Shown: positions 55,442 through 64,000 of the stretch, in pieces
How positions within the stretch are numbered: position 1 is the first letter of the stretch
Layout: each line of letters opens with the position of its first letter
Assembly (NCBI GenBank): GCA_965209225.1
Contig: OZ242379.1
Coordinates: forward strand, 405,986 to 469,985
Reading direction: 5' to 3'
Length of the DNA stretch: 64,000 nucleotides
Source: Thermodesulfobacteriota bacterium
Lineage (GTDB): Bacteria > Desulfobacterota_D > UBA1144 > Nemesobacterales > Nemesobacteraceae
Program-made: the position numbers and the translations under genes
Notes under the pieces: generated by a model
Databases searched by the model: none
The model's input: only the letters and a program-made list of their open reading frames with translations
What the model was told of the DNA's origin: nothing

Positions 55442-56083
55442 TCAGACTCCCCTTTTTTCTCCCCAGAATATTTTGTGAAGCTGCGGAAGCACTCTTACAT
55501 TCTCCATGCCGTCGCGCAGGACTCTCTCGGCTATCCAGTCCGCTTTCGTACCGTAAACGGGCTGGAATATGATTGAAGCCCTTATGCGACGCTTCGCCAT
55601 AACGCTCCTTGCGTATTCGTAGTCCGCACTGTCCGCTATTACGAACTTGAGCTGGTCCTTTTCCCCCAGGTCATCATAAAGCGAAAAATCCATCCTGGAA
55701 GCCATGCCCGAACCGGGGCACTTGCAGTCCATGCTCACAACCGAATTGGTATGGGAGAAGATTCCGGGCGGCTTCTTGTTGCCACTTGTTTCAAGCACGA
55801 CCGCGAAATCCTTTTCGAGGAGAAACCCCGCTACCTCCTCCACTTCATCCCGCTGGATAAGCGGCTCCCCGCCGGTTATGCAGACGCGGGAGCATCCGTA
55901 CTCAAGGATCTTGCTCAGAACCTCGCTGGTCTCCATCTCCCGGAAGTCATTCCCCTCCACGGCGTACATGGTGTCGCACCATCCGCATCTGAGATCACAG
56001 GCAAAAAGCCTGAGAAAGACCGTCGGCAGCCCGATATGGATTCCTTCACCTTGTATTGAAAAGAAAATTTCGCTTACCTTCAT
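55442..56083 (-). CDS. queE: 7-carboxy-7-deazaguanine synthase (radical SAM)
   Basis: Start chosen at MKVSEIFFSIQGEG...FACDLRCGWCDT, 2 nt after the queC stop. The track ORF reaching 56227 is an extension that overlaps queC. Confidence 0.88.
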   Translation of the reverse strand: MKVSEIFFSIQGEGIHIGLPTVFLRLFACDLRCGWCDTMYAVEGNDFREMETSEVLSKILEYGCSRVCITGGEPLIQRDEVEEVAGFLLEKDFAVVLETSGNKKPPGIFSHTNSVVSMDCKCPGSGMASRMDFSLYDDLGEKDQLKFVIADSADYEYARSVMAKRRIRASIIFQPVYGTKADWIAERVLRDGMENVRVLPQLHKIFWGEKRGV

Positions 56084-56085
56084 GG

Positions 56086-56760
56086 TCACGTCTCGTATTG
56101 CGTCGGATCGTCCACATCCGCCTCGACAAAAGCCCTTTTTCTCTCCCGGCACGAACTGCAGGTGCCACAGTGCATACCGGAACCCACGTAGCACGACCAC
56201 GTATCTTCGAAAGGAACCCCGAGACACGCGCCGAGTCTTACTATCCCCGACTTGTCCATATCCATAAACGGGGCAATTATGTTCAGGCGTTCGTTATCAG
56301 TCGCAAGTCTCTCCGCTTTTTCGAAAGCCGAAACGAACTCCGGCCGGCAGTCGGGATACACTCCCCTGTCGGAACGATGCGCGCCGTAGAACACAGTGTC
56401 GCAGCCGATGCCCTGTGAATAGGCAACCGAGAGGGAAAGAAAGATGGCGTTTCGGTTCGGAACGACTGTCGCCGAGAGGGTCTCGTAATTGCGCGCCGTC
56501 GCGGAAACTCTCGGAATCTCAACATCCCGGTCGGTAAGCGCGGAGGCGCCGAAAAGAGTCCTTGCGGAAGAAAGATCGATTATGTTGGGAGAAAGCCCCA
56601 GACGGCGGCATATCTTCTCCGAGGAGCGGATCTCCTTTTCGTGTTTCTGTCCGTAGATGAAGGTAAGAGGAAAGACTTCGTACCCTTCCCGAACCGCCTT
56701 GTAGCAGAGAGTGGAACTGTCCACGCCTCCAGAAACCATGACCACAGCTTTTCCAGACAC
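56086..56760 (-). CDS. queC: 7-cyano-7-deazaguanine synthase
   Basis: It has AVVMVSGGVDSST (PP-loop) and a C-terminal CGTCSSCRERKRAF Zn site. The start is chosen at GTG 56760, which is preceded by AAGGGAG. Confidence 0.88.
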   Translation of the reverse strand: MSGKAVVMVSGGVDSSTLCYKAVREGYEVFPLTFIYGQKHEKEIRSSEKICRRLGLSPNIIDLSSARTLFGASALTDRDVEIPRVSATARNYETLSATVVPNRNAIFLSLSVAYSQGIGCDTVFYGAHRSDRGVYPDCRPEFVSAFEKAERLATDNERLNIIAPFMDMDKSGIVRLGACLGVPFEDTWSCYVGSGMHCGTCSSCRERKRAFVEADVDDPTQYET

Positions 56761-56926
56761 TCCCTTAATATTAAAGTCAAAAAAGCAAATAACAATTCCC
56801 GTGAGCGGAGCGGTCCTGAGCAACGGGCGGAGAAAACGGCAGCTTAAACGGTTTAAGTATGTTGGCAGAAATAAATCAAAATTATATACTTATTCACCCG
56901 AGAATCGGGGAAGCAAAGGCGGTTTC

Positions 56927-58828
56927 ATGAGCAAAGCGGAGAAAGAACAGGTCCTTCTTTTCGATGATTTTCCAAGCGTCTCGAAGGAAAACTGGAAAAA
57001 AGAAGCCGAAAAGAGGATTTCCTACGAAGATCTCATATGGCATACCGAAGACGGCATAGAGATTGAACCCTTCTACACCGAAGAAGAAGCCAAGGATTCT
57101 TTTCTGTGGGAAAGTCCGCTTCCGGGAGAATTTCCGTTCATCCGGGGAATCAGCGGAAAAGATAACAGCTGGCTCCTTGCAGAAGATATAAAGCTCACCA
57201 CGCCGAAAGAGTCTGGAGCCGCGGCACTTGCGGCAATAGAGGGCGGAGCGGATTCTCTTACCTTCATCCCGCAGGGGGAAATGAAGCGCGAGGACCTCGA
57301 AACTCTCCTAAAGGATATAGATCCCCTGCGCATAAGCATAAACTTCGCCTTGAGGGAAGATCCGGAAAAGACCTGCGCCATTTTCCTCTCCTCCTGCGCC
57401 AAAAAAGGAATCGATACGCAGGAACTCAGCGGAGCCGTGTTCTTCGACCCTCTGTCGCATCTGCTTGAACATGAATCCCGCGCGACGCCGCTTGATGAGA
57501 ATGTGGATAAAATCGCAGAGAACATCGGATATCTCTCAGACACCGCGCCCGGCTACGCGGCGTTTTCGGTAAAAAGCTCAGCGTTTAAAGACTCAGGCGC
57601 GACGATAACCCAGGAGCTCGCCTTCACCACCGCAGCGGCGGTCGAGTATCTGGTTATGCTTCGCCAAAGGGGCGTTGATGCGGACAGCGCCTGCCGCCAC
57701 CTCGTCTTCTCCTTTTCCACGGGCTCAAGTTACTTCGCGGAAATCGCCAAGCTTCGCGCCGCAAGGACGCTCTGGGCAAACGTCGCCCGGCAGTTCTCTC
57801 CCGCCTCCGCCGAATCCACGAAAATGAGGATCCACTGCCGCACCGCCGCCTTCAACAAAACCGTTTACGACCCGCACACAAACATATTGCGGACGGCGCT
57901 TGAAGCCATGGCGTCCGTAATCGGGGGGACGGACTCCCTGACCGTGGAGCCGTTTGACGCCCATTACAGGGAACCCGACGGATTCTCAAGGAGAGTGGCG
58001 AGGAACGTTCAGCTTCTCGCCAGAAACGAATCCCGCCTCGACGCGGTGACTGACCCCGGAGGCGGCTCCTACCACATAGAGAGACTGACGCAGTCCATTT
58101 CGCAGAAATCCCTCGAACTGTTCCAGAAAGTAGAAAGAAAAGGAGGCTACCTTGAGTGCCTTAAAAGCGGCTTCATACAGAACGCGGTCGAGGTCAGCAG
58201 GAAAAAAGTCCTGAGCGACATTTTCCGGAGGAAAAAAACGCTTGTCGGAACAAACGAGTTTCCCAACCTGCTGGAAAAAATGGCGGGAGATATCCGGAAA
58301 ACCCTGCCCGCGGAAAAAGAGAAAAACGGTTCGACCCCGACGGTAGAGCCTCTTTCGGAATCAAGAGCGGCCCAAGTTTTTGAGAGAATAAGGCTTCTGA
58401 GCGAACAATACGCGGAGAGAACGGGCGAGGCGCCCAAAGTTTTTCTGCTTCACCTCAGCGATTCGCCGCAGGCAGCCACAAGATCGGTTTTCTCGATGAA
58501 TTTCTTCGGATGCGGAGGGTTCTCAATAGTCGACGGAGCGGACAATCCGGGCATTGATGATGGAATTGCGGAAGCCTTGCGCGAGGGTCCGCTTGCGGTA
58601 GTAATCTGCGGCTCCGACAAGGATTACGAGCAGTTTGCAGAGGAGGCCGCAAGGAAACTCAAGGACAAGGTAGCGGAGATAAAAGTCATCGTTCCGGGCG
58701 GCGGAAAAGACAAACGGGAAGGGCTCGCCGAGGCAGGTGTGGATGATTTCATCGATGCGGATTCGGATGTCCGCGACACGCTTGAAAGATACCAGCAGCT
58801 GCTTTTCTCAGACGAGGCAGGACCATGA
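56927..58828 (+). CDS. mutA: Methylmalonyl-CoA mutase small (beta) subunit
   Basis: MutA-like over its length and lacks the DxHxxG B12 motif. Start chosen at ATG 56927 (MSKAEKEQ..) after GGGGAAGCAAAGG. It overlaps mutB by 4 nt. Confidence 0.8.
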   Translation: MSKAEKEQVLLFDDFPSVSKENWKKEAEKRISYEDLIWHTEDGIEIEPFYTEEEAKDSFLWESPLPGEFPFIRGISGKDNSWLLAEDIKLTTPKESGAAALAAIEGGADSLTFIPQGEMKREDLETLLKDIDPLRISINFALREDPEKTCAIFLSSCAKKGIDTQELSGAVFFDPLSHLLEHESRATPLDENVDKIAENIGYLSDTAPGYAAFSVKSSAFKDSGATITQELAFTTAAAVEYLVMLRQRGVDADSACRHLVFSFSTGSSYFAEIAKLRAARTLWANVARQFSPASAESTKMRIHCRTAAFNKTVYDPHTNILRTALEAMASVIGGTDSLTVEPFDAHYREPDGFSRRVARNVQLLARNESRLDAVTDPGGGSYHIERLTQSISQKSLELFQKVERKGGYLECLKSGFIQNAVEVSRKKVLSDIFRRKKTLVGTNEFPNLLEKMAGDIRKTLPAEKEKNGSTPTVEPLSESRAAQVFERIRLLSEQYAERTGEAPKVFLLHLSDSPQAATRSVFSMNFFGCGGFSIVDGADNPGIDDGIAEALREGPLAVVICGSDKDYEQFAEEAARKLKDKVAEIKVIVPGGGKDKREGLAEAGVDDFIDADSDVRDTLERYQQLLFSDEAGP

Positions 58829-60963
58829 GACCTGATTTTTCGAAAATAAATCTCGGCTTCGATTCAAACGGCAGCGGCAACGCGCGTGCGAGCGAAGACA
58901 TCGTAAGGGAATCACCGGAGAAAATAGACATTAAAACTTTTTATGTCCGAGATGATCTCAGCGATTCCGAACACCTGGGATTCGTCTCCGGAATTCCGCC
59001 CTACCTTCGCGGACCCTACCCGACCATGTACATCACGAGACCCTGGACCATCAGGCAGTACGCGGGATTCTCCACCGCGGAGGAATCAAACGCTTTTTAC
59101 AGAAGAAATCTGGCCGCGGGGCAGAAGGGGCTTTCCATAGCCTTCGATCTTCCCACTCATAGGGGATATGACTCGGATCACCCCAGGGTTTCGGGAGATG
59201 TTGGAAAGGCAGGCGTAGCGATAGATTCGGTGCTCGACATGGAGATTCTTCTCGAACGGATACCCCTTGACCAGATCTCGGTTTCCATGACCATGAACGG
59301 CGCGGTCCTGCCGATCATGGCTTTCTACATAGTCGTTGCGGAGCACCAGGGAGTGGGACCGGAAAAGCTGAGCGGAACTATCCAGAACGACATACTCAAG
59401 GAGTTCATGGTAAGGAACACCTATATTTACCCGCCCGAATTCTCGATGAAGATAGTCTCCGACATCTTCGAATATACATCGAAAAACATGCCGAAGTTCA
59501 ACTCGATAAGCGTAAGCGGCTACCACATGGAAGAAGCGGGCGCCACGTCGGACATAGAGCTTGCATACACGCTCGCCGACGGTCTTGAGTATTTAAGGGC
59601 GGGAGTCGGGGCGGGGCTCAACATTGACGATTTCGCTCCCAGAATTTCCTTTTTCTGGGGAATAGGCATGGACCATTTCATGGAAATCGCGAAAATGAGG
59701 GCGGCGAGAATGCTCTGGGCCAAGGTCGTCAAGACCTTTGAGCCCAAAAAGCCGGAATCGCTCATGCTCAGGACGCACTGCCAGACTTCGGGATGGAGCC
59801 TCACTGAGCAGGACCCGTTTAACAACGTGACGAGAACATGCGTTGAAGCCCTAAGCGCGGTGCTCGGCGGCACTCAGTCACTCCACACGAACGCTCTGGA
59901 CGAGGCAATCGCCCTTCCCACCGACTTTTCCGCCAGGATAGCGAGAAACACCCAGCTTTACCTTCAGAAAGAAACGGATGTATGCAGACTGATCGATCCC
60001 TGGGCGGGGTCCTACTACGTCGAGTACCTGACTCACAATCTGGCAAGAAGGGCCTGGGAACTCATAATGGAAATAGAGGAACTGGGAGGGATGTCAAAAG
60101 CCATAGAAACCGGCTTGCCGAAAATAAGGATAGAGGAAGCGGCGGCACGAAAACAGGCGAGAATAGACTCGGGAAAAGACATAATAGTAGGAGTCAACAG
60201 TTATAATTCGGACGCGCAGGAAGAATTTGACATACTGGAAGTGGATAATCGCAAGGTGAGGGAGAAACAGATTAAAAGACTGAAGAAGCTCAGAGAAAAA
60301 AGGGATTCCGAGGCGGTTGAGCGCGCGCTTGGGAAAATCTCTGAATGCGCAGAAACGGGGCAAGGCAACCTTCTCTCCCTGGCAGTTGAGGCCGCAAGGG
60401 AAAACGCCACCCTCGGAGAAATATCGGACGCGTGCGAGGAGGCATGGGGAAGATACCGGCCCGGATGGCGCACGATTTCGGGAGTGTATTCATCGGAAAT
60501 TTCGAAGGACGCCGGATTTGCCAAGGCAAGAGAGCTCGCGGACCGTTTCGCCACTCTGGAAGGAAGAAGACCCAGAATACTGGTCGCGAAAATGGGCCAG
60601 GACGGCCATGACCGCGGGGCGAAGATAATAGCGACGGGCTTTGCCGACCTCGGTTTTGACGTGGACATAGGTCCGCTCTTTCAGACCCCCGAAGAAGCGG
60701 CGAGACAGGCAGTTGAAAACGATGTCCACATAATCGGAATATCAAGTCTTGCAGCCGGTCACAAGACACTCATCCCCGAACTTATAAAAAAGCTCGACGA
60801 GATGGGAGGCAGCGGCATAATGGTGGTCGCGGGAGGGGTTATACCCAAACGCGATTACGACTACCTCAGAAACGCCGGAGTCTCGCAGATATTCGGCCCA
60901 GGGACCGTGCTGTCCGAAGCGGCCGAAGCCATACTCGTGCCCCTGACAGAAACCCGAACATGA
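58825..60963 (+). CDS. mutB: Methylmalonyl-CoA mutase large (alpha) subunit
   Basis: 712 aa with a TIM-barrel substrate domain ([13 protein letters not shown]) and a C-terminal B12-binding [13 protein letters not shown]. Confidence 0.95.
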   Translation: MRPDFSKINLGFDSNGSGNARASEDIVRESPEKIDIKTFYVRDDLSDSEHLGFVSGIPPYLRGPYPTMYITRPWTIRQYAGFSTAEESNAFYRRNLAAGQKGLSIAFDLPTHRGYDSDHPRVSGDVGKAGVAIDSVLDMEILLERIPLDQISVSMTMNGAVLPIMAFYIVVAEHQGVGPEKLSGTIQNDILKEFMVRNTYIYPPEFSMKIVSDIFEYTSKNMPKFNSISVSGYHMEEAGATSDIELAYTLADGLEYLRAGVGAGLNIDDFAPRISFFWGIGMDHFMEIAKMRAARMLWAKVVKTFEPKKPESLMLRTHCQTSGWSLTEQDPFNNVTRTCVEALSAVLGGTQSLHTNALDEAIALPTDFSARIARNTQLYLQKETDVCRLIDPWAGSYYVEYLTHNLARRAWELIMEIEELGGMSKAIETGLPKIRIEEAAARKQARIDSGKDIIVGVNSYNSDAQEEFDILEVDNRKVREKQIKRLKKLREKRDSEAVERALGKISECAETGQGNLLSLAVEAARENATLGEISDACEEAWGRYRPGWRTISGVYSSEISKDAGFAKARELADRFATLEGRRPRILVAKMGQDGHDRGAKIIATGFADLGFDVDIGPLFQTPEEAARQAVENDVHIIGISSLAAGHKTLIPELIKKLDEMGGSGIMVVAGGVIPKRDYDYLRNAGVSQIFGPGTVLSEAAEAILVPLTETRT

Positions 60964-61985
60964 CGCCGCAAAGAAAAACGGAAGCGGAAACCTACCGCCA
61001 GGGCATAGCTAGGGGAGAAATACCCGCTCTGAGCAGGGCGATAACCCTCGCGGAGAGCACCCTGCCCGAGCACAAAAAGCTTGCGCGGGAAATAATCACG
61101 TGGTGTCTGCCGCGGTCCGGAAGATCCATAAGGGTGGGGATTACGGGCATACCAGGAGTCGGGAAGAGCAGCTTCATAGAATCTCTGGGTCTCTATCTGG
61201 CCCGCGAGCGCGGAAAAAAGATAGCGGTGCTCGCAATCGATCCCACGAGCGGCCAGACCGGGGGAAGCGTTCTGGGCGACAAACTCAGGATGGAGGAGCT
61301 TTCCCGGCACGAAAACGTCTATATAAGGCCTTCCCCGTCGGCCGGTTCTCTGGGAGGAGTAGCAAAAAAGACAAGCGACGCCGTGATTCTCTGCGAGGCG
61401 GCGGGATTTGACACGATATTTATAGAAACGGTGGGAGTCGGGCAGTCCGAAATTACCTGTCACTCCATGGTCGATTTCTTCATGCTGCTCATGATTACCG
61501 GGGCGGGGGATGACATTCAGGGGATAAAAAAGGGAATAATAGAGCGTGCCGACGCCGTATTGATAACCAAAGCGGATGGGAGAAACAAGAAAAAGGCGGA
61601 GCTTCTGAAACAGGAAATGGAAGAGTCGCTGGGATTTCACAGACCGCCCGAATCCGGGTGGATTCCCAAGGCTTACGCCTGCTCCTCCGTTACGGGTTAC
61701 GGAATAAATGAAATCTGGCAGTGCGTCATGGACTATGAATATCTCTGCAGAGAAAACGGATACTTTATGGAGAAAAGAAGAAAGCAGGCTAAACACCGCC
61801 TGCATGAAGCGCTCGTCCAGAATCTTGAGGACAGCTTTTATGAGGACTCCCTCATAAAAGAGACGCTCGGCAAAGTGGAAAAAGAGGTAATGGAGGGAAA
61901 GACGGATCCTTACACGGGAGCCGCGAATCTGCTCGATCTTTATTTTGAAGGGCTTCGTCCACCTCGGTCGCCGCAAGAAAAATGA
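60960..61985 (+). CDS. meaB: Methylmalonyl-CoA mutase-associated GTPase MeaB
   Basis: 341 aa with P-loop [18 protein letters not shown] and the NKAD-like ITKADG. Confidence 0.92.
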   Translation: MTPQRKTEAETYRQGIARGEIPALSRAITLAESTLPEHKKLAREIITWCLPRSGRSIRVGITGIPGVGKSSFIESLGLYLARERGKKIAVLAIDPTSGQTGGSVLGDKLRMEELSRHENVYIRPSPSAGSLGGVAKKTSDAVILCEAAGFDTIFIETVGVGQSEITCHSMVDFFMLLMITGAGDDIQGIKKGIIERADAVLITKADGRNKKKAELLKQEMEESLGFHRPPESGWIPKAYACSSVTGYGINEIWQCVMDYEYLCRENGYFMEKRRKQAKHRLHEALVQNLEDSFYEDSLIKETLGKVEKEVMEGKTDPYTGAANLLDLYFEGLRPPRSPQEK

Positions 61986-62455
61986 TCATTAAAGCCCTCT
62001 CGCCAAAATACATAAACGAGATCGTGAAGATCGAAAACGAGTCCTTCATAGTCCCGTGGCCGAAACAGGTGCTCGCGGATTACATCAAAAAATCCGGGTT
62101 CTTCTGCAATATAGCTATAAACGGAAGGGACGAGGACGTCGCGGGCTACTCAATATCCACCCTTGTATACGACGAGATTCACGTATTCAAGATCGCCGTG
62201 GCATCCTGCCACAGGAGAAAAGGAGTAGCGATTGAACTGCTCTCGGACACGTTTAATTTTTATGAAAAAATGGGGGCTCTCTCGGTTATTCTCGAGGTAA
62301 GAACGACAAACACCCCGGCGATCACGCTTTACGAAAAACTCGGGTTTGAAATTCTCAGAACACGCGAGAACTACTATGGCAGGGGAAGAGGGGACGCCTA
62401 CGTGATGGGTCTTGCGCTTGACAGCTACTATCAGAAGTTTCTCTCGGCCACGTAA
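61982..62455 (+). CDS. rimI: Ribosomal-protein-alanine N-acetyltransferase (GNAT)
   Basis: 157 aa, RimI-like (IVKIENESFIVPWP..., RRKGVAIELL). Confidence 0.8.
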   Translation: MIIKALSPKYINEIVKIENESFIVPWPKQVLADYIKKSGFFCNIAINGRDEDVAGYSISTLVYDEIHVFKIAVASCHRRKGVAIELLSDTFNFYEKMGALSVILEVRTTNTPAITLYEKLGFEILRTRENYYGRGRGDAYVMGLALDSYYQKFLSAT

Positions 62456-63414
62456 TCGGCGAGGCGACCGAGGGATTCCCTGTAATCGTTCTGCGGTATC
62501 TCGTCCAGAGACTTTTTCGCTTCAACCACAAACTCTTTTGCCCGCTGTGTGGTCAAGTCGACCCCGCGGTAGTGGGCTACCATCTGCGTTATCTCCGCTA
62601 TCTCGGAACCATTGAGATCATCTTCCTTATCAAGCGTTTCGATCACTTTGCGTTTCACGCCTTCCGGGGCGCTTTCAATCGAGTAGTAAAGCGGAAGGGT
62701 CATCTTCCGTTCGGCCAGGTCCTGTCCGGTCTTTTTCCCGAACTTGTTTTCCTCAGAACAGTAATCAAGCGCATCGTCTATAAGCTGAAACGCTATTCCT
62801 ATGTTGCGTCCGTAGTGCGAAAGAGCCCTGACCGCTCCGTTTGAAGTATTCGCCAGAAGCGCTCCGGTTTCGGTCGAGCACTCAATTAGCGCGGCCGTCT
62901 TGTGGTCAATCACGGAAAAACAGAAGTCTTCCGAGATCTCGACCATTTTTCTTTCGCTCATAATCTCGAGCACATGGCCCTCGGCAAGGCGCGATGAAGC
63001 CCTGGAAACCACTCTCAGGAGTTCAATACTGCCGCAGCTGTATATAAGCTCAAGACCCCGGGCCAGCATAAAATCCCCCACGAGCACGGTGGGCTTGTTC
63101 CCCCAGACCATATTTGAAGAAGCGTTTCCCCTTCTGAACTCCGCCTGATCAACCACATCGTCGTGAAAAAGGGTGCCGGCGTGGAAAAGTTCAATCCCCG
63201 CGGCGGCCGCAATCCGGTCTTCCCCGTCGGTAAGTCCGCAGGCGGCGCTTGAGAGAAGAACGAGGGAAGGCCTGATTCTCTTTCCTCCTCCGCCAAGCAG
63301 GTACTTGGCTATTTCGTAAACCAGAGGAACGTCGGATTTAATGAATTCATCGATTTTCCTCTCCGTTTCGGCGAGGCTAGGGTGAATTATCTCAATTATG
63401 TCTGAGAACTCCAT
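62431..63414 (-). CDS. ispB: Polyprenyl diphosphate synthase (octaprenyl/heptaprenyl type)
   Basis: 327 aa with the first DDxxD (LFHDDVVD) and the second (QLIDDALD). Confidence 0.9.
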   Translation of the reverse strand: MEFSDIIEIIHPSLAETERKIDEFIKSDVPLVYEIAKYLLGGGGKRIRPSLVLLSSAACGLTDGEDRIAAAAGIELFHAGTLFHDDVVDQAEFRRGNASSNMVWGNKPTVLVGDFMLARGLELIYSCGSIELLRVVSRASSRLAEGHVLEIMSERKMVEISEDFCFSVIDHKTAALIECSTETGALLANTSNGAVRALSHYGRNIGIAFQLIDDALDYCSEENKFGKKTGQDLAERKMTLPLYYSIESAPEGVKRKVIETLDKEDDLNGSEIAEITQMVAHYRGVDLTTQRAKEFVVEAKKSLDEIPQNDYRESLGRLADYVAERNF

Positions 63415-63584
63415 CGGACGCTTAGACTATACGAACGAACCATCCAAGTCAAAGACTGTCGATAGCAAAGTAAAAAGAACTGGACAATCAGTTTATTAAT
63501 TACAACTCCTTACAGATGCCTTGACGGTGGTGCGACAACCATTTAAGTTACCGGCAACCAACCATTTTGAAGGAACCCAATCAC

Positions 63585-64000
63585 ATGTCTTGGCAAAGAA
63601 TAAGCAGGTTCATTCTCTGCCTCTTGCTTCTGTACGCAACAGCATGCGGACAAGGGCCAGACGATAACCCGGACGGTGCCAAATCAAGTACTCCTCCCGC
63701 TTCTACGGACGACCGCACGCTCAGCGGGTCGGTCGTCATCAACGACGGCACAGACAAAGCCATCGCGCTCCAAGAAAGTGACGCGTATGAACTTGAAACA
63801 GACGGCGAGCATGAACCGGTCATTGAAAACGACACGCTGACCCTCACGGTATCGTACAGCGGCGGCTGTGAAGTACACGATTTCACACTCGTCACAGACG
63901 GCAGCTTCATGGAATCAGATCCCGTCCAACTCGTCGTCACCCTGACACATGACGCCAACGACGACCCGTGCGAAGCGTACCCGACAGATCGCTATGCCTT
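63585..64000 (+). CDS. Putative lipoprotein, 5' part only (runs off the window end)
   Basis: The frame from ATG 63585 stays open to the window end; it has no stop, so it is missing from the ORF track. It has a signal peptide and lipobox (LLLLYATAC). Confidence 0.6.
   Translation, partial: MSWQRISRFILCLLLLYATACGQGPDDNPDGAKSSTPPASTDDRTLSGSVVINDGTDKAIALQESDAYELETDGEHEPVIENDTLTLTVSYSGGCEVHDFTLVTDGSFMESDPVQLVVTLTHDANDDPCEAYPTDRYA

Noticed and set aside
56843-56857. Palindrome CTTAAAC-G-GTTTAAG in the queC/mutA divergent intergenic region as a preQ1 riboswitch or operator
   Set aside because: It does not resemble the preQ1-I/II consensus (no hairpin plus A-rich tail before the queC SD). A single 7-bp palindrome is too weak to call a regulatory site.

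Overview
64-kb window from a roughly 55% GC bacterium with Gram-negative-type envelope genes (Pal/CpoB, lipoproteins). About four fifths is ordinary housekeeping sequence: ppx, ppk1, a CYTH/CHAD protein, dnaE, selO, uvrD, tRNA-Gln, ispE, fxsA, pal-cpoB, hemL, an F0-only atp operon, cca, xseA, thyX, queC-queE, mutA-mutB-meaB-rimI and ispB. The rest is accessory DNA dominated by insertion sequences. There are seven IS copies of six types, together about 11.5 kb. Four of them have ends and target-site duplications (TSDs) that I could read base by base. Three defence- or toxin-type modules are each hit by one of these insertions. (1) A PD-(D/E)xK nuclease-like gene was translationally coupled (ATGA) to a 1097-aa Ski2-like SF2 helicase, which is a Hachiman-like architecture; an IS1380-family element with a 5-bp TSD splits the nuclease gene. 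(2) An AbiEi/AbiEii module has its toxin gene split by an IS with a 9-bp TSD, and that IS itself carries a nested IS5-family element. (3) A small acidic ORF and an SDH/ClpP-fold serine protease form a pair wedged between ppx and ppk1; a Tn5-like IS (25-bp perfect IRs, 9-bp TSD) landed exactly on their TAATG junction. The window also holds two HipBA modules with operator-like repeats, tandemly duplicated promoter regions upstream of abiEi and of the second hipB-like gene, a group II intron RT relic, a secreted double-SRCR protein, a sirtuin homologue with degenerate catalytic motifs and an unusually long ThyX. I found no CRISPR array and no rRNA. All family assignments rest on motif recognition by eye and need HMM or BLAST confirmation.
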